Source: Vicugna vicugna (taxonomy: Eukaryota). Taken from it: a stretch of DNA of 64,000 nt. This document shows, one piece after another, positions 9,246-19,100 of this stretch. The notes beneath the pieces are model-generated. The model was given only the letters and a program-made list of their open reading frames with translations. It was not told the origin of the DNA and made no database searches. Within the stretch, counting starts at the first letter, position 1. The number at the start of each line of letters is the position of its first letter. Position numbers and translations under genes: made by a program. Location: NCBI GenBank assembly GCA_013265495.1, contig MU058198.1, positions 1,438,419-1,502,418 on the forward strand, read 5' to 3'.

Positions 9246-12200
9246 CTGTGGTTCCACAGACAAATTCAACAGCTTTAGAAACTGCATTCATCATTTCTTT
9301 AGTATATATTATAGGATATGACCAAAAAAACCCCGTCATCATTGATTGATTTATAAATGACAGCATACATGACATTTACATTTCAATAAGCCTCCAATTA
9401 CTTCCAGAGTTTGAAATGACAAGACACCACTAACCTTGTTCAAGGACCTTGTAATTTTCATTAAGCAACCATCCCTGATCATTTTCCAAGCAAGAAGGGC
9501 AGTATTCCGAGAATCATCCAACCCTGAGGAGACAGATGTCAAACACTGAATTTAGTGGCATCAGTGTAAAGAAAGAGCAAAAAAAAAAAATCACCACTTA
9601 AATAGAAATTAGAATATTGTTGGTTTTATGATCATTTACTAATTTTAATCATGATATATTGGTCTTGTGGAAAGCTGTGGCAGCCTTACCAATGAAAGAC
9701 AGATTTCCCACATTTACAGAGGTGGTAAAATTTTGTCAGACAGTTCAACATGCTTGTAGGGACCATGTTTTATGAGTAATCTAATAGTCTTGTTCAGCTT
9801 TTTCAATAGTCCACTGTATTACCTGGGCATTTGTTTAATCTCCGATTGATCTGGCAAATTCTTTTCATTCTTTTTAGCAACTAGAAAGCCACTAGATGGC
9901 AGACTTAATCTTACAATATTTTATAAAAGGTAATTTGAAATTCTGGGAAACAAATTTGAATTTTATAGATTAGGGCCTTTTTCAGGATATTCCTTGTTAA
10001 TGACATCACAAAAAAATGAGAGTCAAATGAAAGACTGCATAAAAATAAAATGACTTACATAATAAAATTATTTTCAATTTATACTAACCAAAATGTTCCC
10101 GTCCCAAGAATTGTATTCCCACTTCCTCCAGGGCACCACTTAGTCCTTTTGGTTTTCTCTTATAGAAAATCTAGTCAAGTAAAAAACAACATATCTAAAA
10201 AAATGATTACTATTTGAAAGGCTAAGTATTAAATTTTTCATAATTTTCAGCTCTATTAGATTTGAAACGTGCTGACTTTTGTGTTGTTTTTATATACTTT
10301 AAACATTTCAAAACAAATATTTTATTTGTAATAACCCAAACCTATGTGTAGGATAAAGTTTAATCATTTTTCAATAGAAGGAAAGTGAACATGCCCCCCA
10401 TCTTTGACCTTTACCTTGTAAGTTACTCTGAGATCAATCCAGGAATTAAGGAACACAGGTTTTATTAGCTGTTTTCTTTTACACTCATACTCCAGGCAAA
10501 CCCCCAAGTCCCAGTCTGCATTAAGTATATTAAAATAGAACACAGTCAATGATGCCAGCAGTTTTTACTTATGCTATCATCATTTAAAAATAAAATGCTG
10601 AAAGATATACAACAGAATAGTAGGACTTAGAATAATATATAACAGTATATATTATAATATACTATGTTGTATATATTACATATACTACATATGGTAAATA
10701 TTATATACTATATACTAGAATAGTAAGATTTAATTGCCCTGCTTAATATCTAATAATTCTTCACTTTACAGGGGTGGGAGGGTTATAAGTTATAAAAGGA
10801 GTTAACAATAAGTTGGCTAATCGGTTACCAGGGAAACCAGTAGAGCAAGCCCTTCACACACCTTTGATAAGCTATCATGGTGGAGATGTACTGATATAAA
10901 GATTAGAACAATCACTAGCTTAGGCCAGGGGCAAGTATGTATTAAGAGGGCCATGTGAGCAGGGTGTAGGTGAAGCAGGGACTGGCTGAGCAGGGGATGT
11001 ACAGAGAGAAAGAGAACAGCCATCGTGAGTGGCTTGATCACACAGGCTAGAAACCAAATATTGCTACCAATGACTATTAACAGCAATGCTCTGTCACAGG
11101 CATATAAAATATCTACCTTAAATGGTCCATTTTTTAAAAAATGTTTACATTTTAAGTGTAAAAGTATAAAAGCAAAACATGTGAGTTGATTGAGGACTCT
11201 TTTTTTCCAAAATTGTAGAAAATAGCATGATAAGAGTTTTCATTAAATTCTCTTTGCTCGGATTCAGAAGAACAGAGAGGAGCAATACAGATTCTTAAAG
11301 TTAGGGGTTAAATTTTTAAGGCATTTAAAAATTTTTAAGTACACATAAATTTACTTTTCTCGATCAGTATCTGCTAGGCACTTAGATTTCTTTTTGTGAC
11401 CCAGGAAATTAACAAGTATAATTCTTACTAGAGATAAAGAACTACATAGTGGTAATGTTACTCATTTATGATTGATAGATAATAACTTATTTTTTTACCT
11501 GACCAAGTAACAAATGCACATAAGTTTACTTCAGAAGTAGAAATATCTGAAATCCCAGTAGCAAAAATAATTTTCTTCTCTTGTTGAATCTTCTGAATCC
11601 ATTTACAGAACTGAGATAAGCAAATCTTCAGAGGGACTCCTTCATCAACTTGATCCTGGACAGAGTTACAAAATCTGAATTCAACAACTGAATTCCATAA
11701 TTACAGAGCCCTTTAACTAGGCATGGGGGAGTGGTGAGCGATATAAACAAAGAAGAGGTTCTAACTAGCGAAGAGTTTACCTAGTGAAAAGACGTTAAAA
11801 CATATAGGAGAGAGATAATGATTAGAATTCTGCGAAGTAAGAAAATTAGGTTGATCAATCTAAAATCATCCAGAAATACAACAAATAAACCCCGATCGAC
11901 AGAAATTTGATGTCACTTAATTTCCATAAAATAAATTTGATATTCATTTTTATACTACTCTTCCTAATTTTTAAAGATTCCAGTGGACTTCTGGAGGGGT
12001 CTCCATTTTTCCTAACGATGAGTAAATCTAATTCTAAATGACGGGTAGCTTTTCTTTTTGACAACTGACTTCTAAAATTTAATATCTGCATCTTACCTGC
12101 TAGTTTGTTGGGGTGAGAGGGATGAGAAGTGGGGGGAAAAGGGCATACCTGCTTTATGCCTGTTAGTTCCATGCAAAATTCAGAAAGAATTGGATATTCC

Positions 12201-15200
12201 TGAGGCTGCACATAAGCATGAAACTCAGATTCAATCTCTCCAGTTGATGTGTTCAGCAATACAGCTGGAAATTCAACTACATGAAAGAATCATCAATTGA
12301 CACTTTAATATGTAATTGTTAAATTAATGCTTCAATTAGTTTAAATTAAACATATATTACCATCATGTAGCATTACTGAACAACTGTTACTTCAGTAAAA
12401 GCATATTAAAATGACCAATGCAGTGTGATGTAATGGGTATAATAAAGTTATGCCAAAGAATAAGTCAAACTATTAAAGTTATGAGTATATCTACTTAAAA
12501 CTCTTGAATGTATTTCCACAATTAAATATGAAGACCACATGGAAATTGAAACATATTTCTTCTTGCAAAGGTATTTTTGTCAGTTTCTATGCAATTGAAA
12601 TTTTATATGTAATCCTAAGACAATTATTTTATATGATAATAAATTTAGGTGTTAGATTTTTGTTCTTTTTTTGTCAAGTCAGATTTTATAGTAAATTACT
12701 AATTTATAGATCATTTTGTTTTCTTAAACCGTTAGCTGTTATGTATCTATAAACTTTAAAATGACTCATCTAGTGCTATCTTTGACCATTGGCGGTCCAA
12801 ACTTACTTATTTCCTGGCTCCGGTGGCGTATCCCATCATTCCAACATGTTGATTCAAAATCAATGACAATTAAGTAGTCAAACAACTGCTCTGTAAAGGA
12901 TCAGAGTATCCTTATGCTTTACCAGTGTTAGAAGTGCAATGCTACAAAATATAAAGAAATTAAGCACACGACTTACTAGATTTGCTTCGTCCTACATTTC
13001 CATTTGCTGGTGCAGTTGACTTTCTCCTAATTAATCCAAGCTGCCTAAAAATGTAAAACAATCCAGTACGTTCAACAAACTCATCATACTCCTTTTTTAT
13101 ATAAGCTAACAAACTAATGGTATAACCCTCATTATTAATATAGTCATGTATTGTGATTCACAGGAAACTGAGCTAGACTTTGAGGGTAAAAGATTAGTTC
13201 TTTGTACTAACTTCCAAACTCTTGATTTTAGTAGTCATTCCACCTGCACAGGCCTCTAAGTGCATATTTGCAAACTTAGGTCAATTCTTTCTGCTCTCCT
13301 TATTTTACAGTAACACTGAGGAATTCAAGTGATTGTAAGGATGCCTGGAAAAGCTCGTTATTTATTTTTTATTTTTTAAATTTTTATTTGTTTTTTTGAA
13401 GTGGGGAGGTAATTAGGTTTATTTAGTGACTTACTTACTATTATTATTTTCAATGGAGGTACTGGGGATTGAACCCAGGACCTTGTGCATGCTAAGCACG
13501 CGCTCTACCACTGACGTATACCCTTTCCCCTCAAGGTATTTTTGCTTTTGCACTTTTCATGCCCTTGCTATGTGTACAGCACAGCTGTGAGAAGTCAGTG
13601 CAGGTCCAGCCTTCCAGGAGCTTAAAGTATCTGGGTAAAGAAACTACTGTAAAGTAATATATGATAAAGGATTCTTAAAGATAATATGCTAAGTCCACAG
13701 ACAGGGATGAGCTTGCTACCTGAAAACTGGGTTTGCCTCTTGGTGGATGTTGAGCCAAAAGACACAACCAAGACAAAGGGCAGGAGAAGGAAGGATTTAT
13801 TATTTGCAACAAGTAAGGAGAACATCGCGGATCTTCCCCAAAGCATGTCTCCCTGCACAGAAAAACTGGGAATGTTTTAAGCCAACGGTATATGCGTATT
13901 CATGAAGGGGCTTGGGTGGCTGAGATAGATTGCAAGCTTTAGCTGATTGAAGTCAAGAGGATCAGAAAAAATCAACAGCATCATCCTTTGGGTTCCAGTC
14001 AACCTGGTGGTCGTGCACTGCAGGCTTATCTTAACCCCTGAAACTCCCTGAAGATCTTTACTCACTGAGATCTGATAAAGGACAAGCATTTTGGACAGGC
14101 TTAGATCACAAAATGGCCTAGGCCAAAAACAGCTTCCCTTATGTCAAGAAAATCATGCCTGGTTCTTTCTCCAGGGAACCCCTACCCTATCTGCTTACAA
14201 GCTTACTGAGGTCTTAAGTGCCGTGAGACAAACTACGTCACTGAATAAGTAGAGTTTAACTAAGCAGACACCTCCCTTTCTAATTTTTTGTTGCAAGTGT
14301 GGTGGGGAGTTGGGAATAACAGCTGACATGTATTGATTGCTTACCACAGAGTAGACACTGAACTAAGATGGTGATTTCACTTCATCCTCAACAACTGCAC
14401 AAGGTAGTTACTTTTGCTACTCTGAATGAAAAATGTTGCCTCCCATATCAGCATACAAAGGATGCTCAGGCCAGCAAGCCATCAGCCACCTACCTAACAA
14501 TGCCAAAGGTGAGTCCTGGGGGAATTCAGGTTGGAGACAAACTGCCCTTGGGGGTGGCTGCCTGATGCCAAGTCCTCAGCCACTGCAGCCACCCCCAACC
14601 ACATAACCTGAGGGAACTCTGGATGGGAAGAACAGGATACTGGCCCTAGATAAATAGCTACGGTGCATATCAAAGGTATGGCTTCAAGGAGCCCAGAATG
14701 TTGCATCTTCTTGTAAGTACTAAATTCATTAACTTGAGATACCTGGTTTCCTTTAATTAACAGCAATTTTTAACGTTCACATTACCTAGTCTTTGTTGCA
14801 AAGACCCCTATATACCATGGCTCCTCCTTTACCTCTTCGGAGCAGTCTCTCAAAATGACCTAAGAGGCTGCTTTCAGGGCTTAAGTCCTTAGTGTTGCCT
14901 ACCACATAAAACATAATTCTCAACTTTTAGGCTGTGCATTTTCTTTTCAGCCAACATCACCTATATTCACTGAATGAGAAAAAGAATTTAGCAATTTGCA
15001 AAAGAACACATATTTGTTATTTGAACCCAGGATCATCCAACTCTAAAACCCACGCTATTCACTAATGCATTACACTGCTTCTATTAATCAGAAACGTGAA
15101 CAGCGTGTCCGAGAATCAGGGAAAAGGCACAATGATGTACATTATGAGTTAAACGGATCACTAGTAAGTGGTAGGGAAAACAACTTGGTGGGTCCAGTGG

Positions 15201-15528
15201 AGCTGCCTGTGACCTCCCAACGGTCTTCCGGGGCCGTTCTTGTTTCCCGAGGTTTAGAATTGGCAGACACTGGCTCTAGGGTACACAGCTGAGAGCCCTG
15301 GTCTTTCCACCCTCGCTCAGAGGGCGGCCTGAGGCTCGAGACCGAGGTCCAGGAAGATACCTTTCAGCCCACGCCTGCAAAAGCAGGTCCGAGACATCGG
15401 AGCTGTCATAGAATGGAGGCTGACACCGCGAACCCTGACGCAGACGCCAGGGCCGGACCAGGAGCGACCCCCCTCCCCCTCGCCTCCCGCAAACCCCTCG
15501 CGTACCGTGCTAGCCTCTTGGTCGCCAT
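7914..15528 (-). CDS. ERI2: ERI1 exoribonuclease family member 2 (DEDDh 3'-5' exonuclease with C-terminal GRF zinc finger), 687 aa
   Basis: complement join(15506-15528,12977-13044,12807-12890,12149-12276,11499-11655,10415-10515,10089-10170,9435-9523,7914-9245) = 2064 nt, open. N-terminus MATKRLARQLGLIRRK; ExoI IDFES, ExoII WSDWD, ExoIII H-x-GLDD; GRF-type zinc finger CKCG...GPNHGKVFYCC...CGYFKWE. Confidence 0.96.
9435..9523 (-). CDS. ERI2: ERI2 coding exon 8 (LDDSRNTALLAWKMIRDGCLMKITRSLNK)
   Basis: tcctcag|GG ... AAG|gttagt; 89 nt. Confidence 0.93.
10089..10170 (-). CDS. ERI2: ERI2 coding exon 7 (IFYKRKPKGLSGALEEVGIQFLGREHF)
   Basis: gactag|ATT ... TTG|gttagt; 82 nt. Confidence 0.92.
10415..10515 (-). 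CDS. ERI2: ERI2 coding exon 6 (WDLGVCLEYECKRKQLIKPVFLNSWIDLRVTYK)
   Basis: tgcag|AC ... AAG|gtaaag; 101 nt. Confidence 0.93.
11499..11655 (-). CDS. ERI2: ERI2 coding exon 5 (DQVDEGVPLKICLSQFCKWIQKIQ...LCAFVTWS)
   Basis: tccag|GAT ... CAG|gtaaaa; 157 nt. Confidence 0.92.
12149..12276 (-). CDS. ERI2: ERI2 coding exon 4 (EFPAVLLNTSTGEIESEFHAYVQPQEYPILSEFCMELTGIKQ)
   Basis: gtag|TT ... CAG|gtatgc; 128 nt; overlaps ORF-track 11855..12259. Confidence 0.93.
12807..12890 (-). CDS. ERI2: ERI2 coding exon 3 (QLFDYLIVIDFESTCWNDGIRHRSQEI; ExoI)
   Basis: tttacag|AG ... A|gtaagt; 84 nt. Confidence 0.93.
12977..13044 (-). CDS. ERI2: ERI2 coding exon 2 (QLGLIRRKSTAPANGNVGRSKS)
   Basis: ttttag|G ... A|gtaagt; 68 nt. 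Confidence 0.92.
13358..13530 (-). mobile_element. tRNA-Ala(AGC)-derived SINE (vic-1-like)
   Basis: Minus strand GGGGAAAGGGTATACGTCAGTGGTAGAGCGCGTGCTTAGCATGCACAAGGTCCTGGGTTCAATCCCCAGTACCTCCA, then AACCTAATTACCTCCCC and an A-rich tail. Confidence 0.85.
13714..14199 (-). mobile_element. ERV1-class solo LTR in ERI2 intron 1
   Basis: TG...CA termini with perfect 4-bp TSD AGCT (13710-13713 and 14200-14203); minus-strand AATAAA near 13796. Confidence 0.85.
14415..14956 (+). mobile_element. ERV1-class solo LTR inserted into a MIR
   Basis: TG...CA termini; TATA-like cctatatacc near 14808; degenerate cataaa signal followed by U5-like ttctcaacttttaggctgtgca; flanks rejoin as a MIR (about 14320-15060); TSD not evident. 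Confidence 0.7.
15506..15528 (-). CDS. ERI2: ERI2 coding exon 1 (MATKRLAR)
   Basis: ATG at 15528-15526; donor CG|gtacgc. Confidence 0.9.
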
Positions 15529-16056
15529 TCCCGACACTCCTCTTTCGTCAAAGCCCAACTTCCGGAAGTTGCTCTACGCCCACTTCCGGCGCGTTCAAAC
15601 GGCCGGCGCGGCTGAGGCGGCGGCAGCTGCGGAGGCGGTGGCTGAGGCGGCGGGAGTCTGTGCTCTGCGCCTGGCTTCTTTTCGGCGTTTTCGGGGGTGG
15701 GGAAAGTGAGGAGTGCGTTTTGCCAGAGAAGCCGCTAGACAGCGCCCCTCTTCCTTTTTTCCAAGGGGCGGAGGGGAGTTCGCGCCGTTGGGAACCGTTG
15801 GAGTCCGGCCTTCGGCCTCCGGCGTGGACTGAAGAGCCGTTTGGCTCGGCGCGGCGTGGCTTCCTCGTAACGGGGAAGACCGTTCGCACCCTCGCTTTCC
15901 GAGGCGGGCGGGGAGCTCTGTAAACCGAACTGAGGAGAGAATCTGAGGAAGGTTGTAGGCTGTGGTAGCCCTTGCTGCTCCCCGCTCAGGAGGCGGCCCG
16001 GGGCTATCAGGGCGTCGGGGTTTTCTCAGCTCTCACTGGTCTTTCTGCACAGCCTC

Positions 16057-16194
16057 ATGGAGCGAGAGAGGGAAAGGAGCGGGAGGACCCCCAAGAAGGG
16101 CCGGAAGAGGAGGCCGGTCCCGAACAAGGTGGTCGGGTCGGCTGAGGCGAAGAGAGCCGGTTGGGATCTTGAGGGGCGGCAGCCTGAGGCCAAG
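16057..16194 (+). CDS. REXO5: REXO5 coding exon 1 (MERERERSG...EGRQPEAK)
   Basis: Acceptor cacag at 16048-16052 implies an upstream non-coding exon; ATG 16057; AAG|gtgagc donor. Confidence 0.88.
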
Positions 16195-19100
16195 GTGAGC
16201 AACGGGGAGCCTGAGTGGGCGGCCCGAGGCAGTTTGGAGCTCCCAAATGATAATATAATACCACCTACACCTTAGGGCTGATGTCGGCTGTTTAAAAGCG
16301 GTGTAGTGCCTGGCACACAAGACGACTGTTCTTTCGACAAATACTCATTGAGGTCTTCTGTGTGCCAGGAACTGTACAAGGTTCAGGAGATACCCCGGTG
16401 CCCCAAAGCGCAGAATTCCCAGCCCGCGTGCGGTTTACATTCCAGCAGGGGAGTAGTAAGGCTGATGATCGTCCCTGTCATTTATTGAGAGTTAAATATA
16501 TGCCATTCATCCCTTTAGTCATCAGATTCTGTTGTCTTCCATGTGCTGGTCACTGTCCTAGGTACTTGGGGTACATCAGTGAATAAAGGATTTCTACTTC
16601 CCTTTCTAGTGGAGAGAGACAGAAGATAAACAATAGATATGAGAAATAAGTTATGTAGTATTTTAGACGGGAATTAGTGCAGTGAAACATCTTTTATTAA
16701 AATGAGATTTTGGGGGAGGGGAGGCTATCAGGTTGACAAAACAATTTTTTAAAGGTTAACGTGGTTTAAAAAAAAAAAAGGAAGTGACAGTCTCATCACT
16801 TTTTTCTTTTGAAACACTCTCAAACTTAAAAGTTGCAAGAATAGTACCAAAAACTAGCCCCCAGCCAACATTTGAAAGTACTGTAGTTGCTAACACAATG
16901 CCCCCCACCCAGTATTTTACTGTTACATATATGCTGCAATCTACATAACCACAATGCAACCATCAAAATCAGGAAATAACATGGATATTTTGCTACCATC
17001 TAATTCTCAGACCCCATGTAAGCTTCTCCAGTTGTTTCAGTAATGTCTTTTTTAGCTGTAAGATCCAGCGTAGGATCATGTGTCATATTTAGTTGTCACG
17101 TCTCCTTCAATCCAAACAATTATTCAATCTTTTCTTTGACATTCACGACCTTACTACTTTTGAAGAATCCTGGAACAGTTATTTTGTAGACTATCCCTCA
17201 AGTTAGGTTTGTCTGTTTTTCATTTATTAGATTCAGGTTATACATTTTTGGCAGGAATATCACAGAAGTGATACTCTGTTCTCTTGTATTTTATCAGGTT
17301 GTACCCTGATTTGATTTGTCCCATTACTGGTGATATTAACCTTTATTGCTTGAGGTACCGTGTGCTAAACTTCTCTGAAGTTATTCTTTTTCTCTGGAAT
17401 TTTGTTGGGAGATGCTTCCTCATTAAATTTGCAATTTATTTTTTTTATTAGTATGAATTAGGGGATACCTATTCAGTTGGTTATAATCCATTTCTATATT
17501 TTGCTCTTCAGAATATCCCAGATTAAGCCATTAAGTTAGCTTCTGTGTCCTTTTGACATGACCTCATCATTCTTTGAGCATTTCCTTATTTTTCTGGCAC
17601 AAAAAGATGTTGTTCCAGGCTTTTCTGTGCTTTCCCTGCCCCAGCCTGTGATCAGCCATTTCTTCTAGGAGACTTGTTTTTCTAGTGGAGAATGACATTT
17701 AAAAATTGAAGATCTGGGTGCTAGATATGCTTATTGCTATTGGGTGTCTGTAATTTAAAAAGAAAGCTAGGAAATACATGTGTATATATGTACACACATA
17801 TACACAAACACGTGCTTATGTTTACATTTAGGTTTTTTTTATCTGTACACACTGAAAAACCATGAATTCATACCAGTATCTACTTCCAGTCTAATTCCAC
17901 AGGGTTCACCCTCATTTTCTCTCTTGTCATATTTATAACTTCCCTATATAACTGAGAAACCTGATTCCCCATTATTGTTAATGTATTTTATCAGTCCCCC
18001 ATTGCTTCCATTGCCACACATCTTCACACCTCCTCACCCTGCTTGGGCTCTTGTCACTGCATCTTGTACCAGGTCAATTTCCTGTGAGAATGCCTTTGTT
18101 GCTACTGCAACAAGCTACTACCATCATCCTCCCATGGACATCCTCACCCTGTTCGGGCTCTGAATTCTGTGACACCACTCTTGTCCTTCATCAGTGATGC
18201 CTTCCTTACTCTAAACATTTTCTGACATCTGATGCCAGGCCTCACTGCTCCAGTTGCTACTGCATGGATGGATGCCCTCCTCATATCACTCAAGCTTTGA
18301 CACCTCACATTGCGGAACCTTCCTGTATGTATGTCCTAGGTTCTTACCCCTAGTCCTGGATTGTCTTCCCTATGGGATACCCTCCTCACCCTACTCATAC
18401 TCTGACATCCTATGTTCGGTGACCACGATTACTCATTACCATATAGACTCAATCATTATCAATCTCATTTTTAAAAAAAATAAAAATTGGTGTATTTTTA
18501 AAGGAGTTAGGAATATGGTCAGAATGTAAAACATGCATGCTTATTTTAACCAGAAATTTATCCTGAGAAAATAGATATGGGAGGATGTCTATACACAGGT
18601 GCTTATCATAATATTATACAAAGGTGCTTATCATATGTTTATAATTTTTAAAAAGCAGATGTGTCATCAATAAGTCATTTTTTTCATATAGATTATGTTT
18701 TTAGGTAAATTTAAGAGAATGGACTATTAAAATTGATGTTACATTTAACGGATATGGAAAGATATTTACAGATTTTTAAAATTTTGGTGGAGGGAGTTAG
18801 TTACAAAACAATGTATACTATAATCCCTTGGGGGCAATATAATACAATGATGAAAAGAGTTTGGGCTTTTGAGCCTTCATTCTAGTCTAGGTTCTGCCAC
18901 TTACCTGTTTCTCCATTTCTTTATCTGTAAAATGGGGATAACAGTAGTGCCTGCTTAAGAAGACATGTAAGAATTAAATGATTTAGTAGGTGTGAAGTGC
19001 TCAGAACTGTAAATGGCTAATAAGCAGTGTTGAACATTAGCTTTAAAAAGCCACAGGGAAAAACGGCAATAATTATAATAATATCTGGTGTTTATTAAAT

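Larger units (their letters stand above)
15270..16440. promoter_or_regulatory. CpG island; bidirectional promoter of ERI2 (-) and REXO5 (+)
   Basis: Sharp rise in GC and CpG against AT-rich flanks; divergent ATGs at 15528 and 16057; ETS/GABPA-type motifs CAACTTCCGGAAGTTG (15556-15571) and CACTTCCGG (15581-15589). Island edges approximate. Confidence 0.9.

Noticed and set aside
9246..9287. N-terminal MQFLKLLNLSVEPQ of the 457-aa ORF as an independent gene start
   Set aside because: Intronic sequence upstream of the cacag acceptor of the last ERI2 exon.
10630..10720. TA-rich quasi-palindromic tract in an ERI2 intron
   Set aside because: Degenerate (TA)n low-complexity sequence; self-complementarity follows from composition.
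13454..13530. Apparent tRNA-Ala(AGC) gene on the minus strand
   Set aside because: It has an extra 5' leader, a damaged D-arm (TATACGTCAG), a SINE-type tail, and two related diverged copies in the window; it is a SINE head.
15413..16320. Several 70-140 aa ORFs on both strands in the CpG island
   Set aside because: Stop-poor GC-rich sequence gives such ORFs by chance; they are low complexity and resemble no family I recognise. Only 15506-15528 and 16057-16194 are supported as coding.
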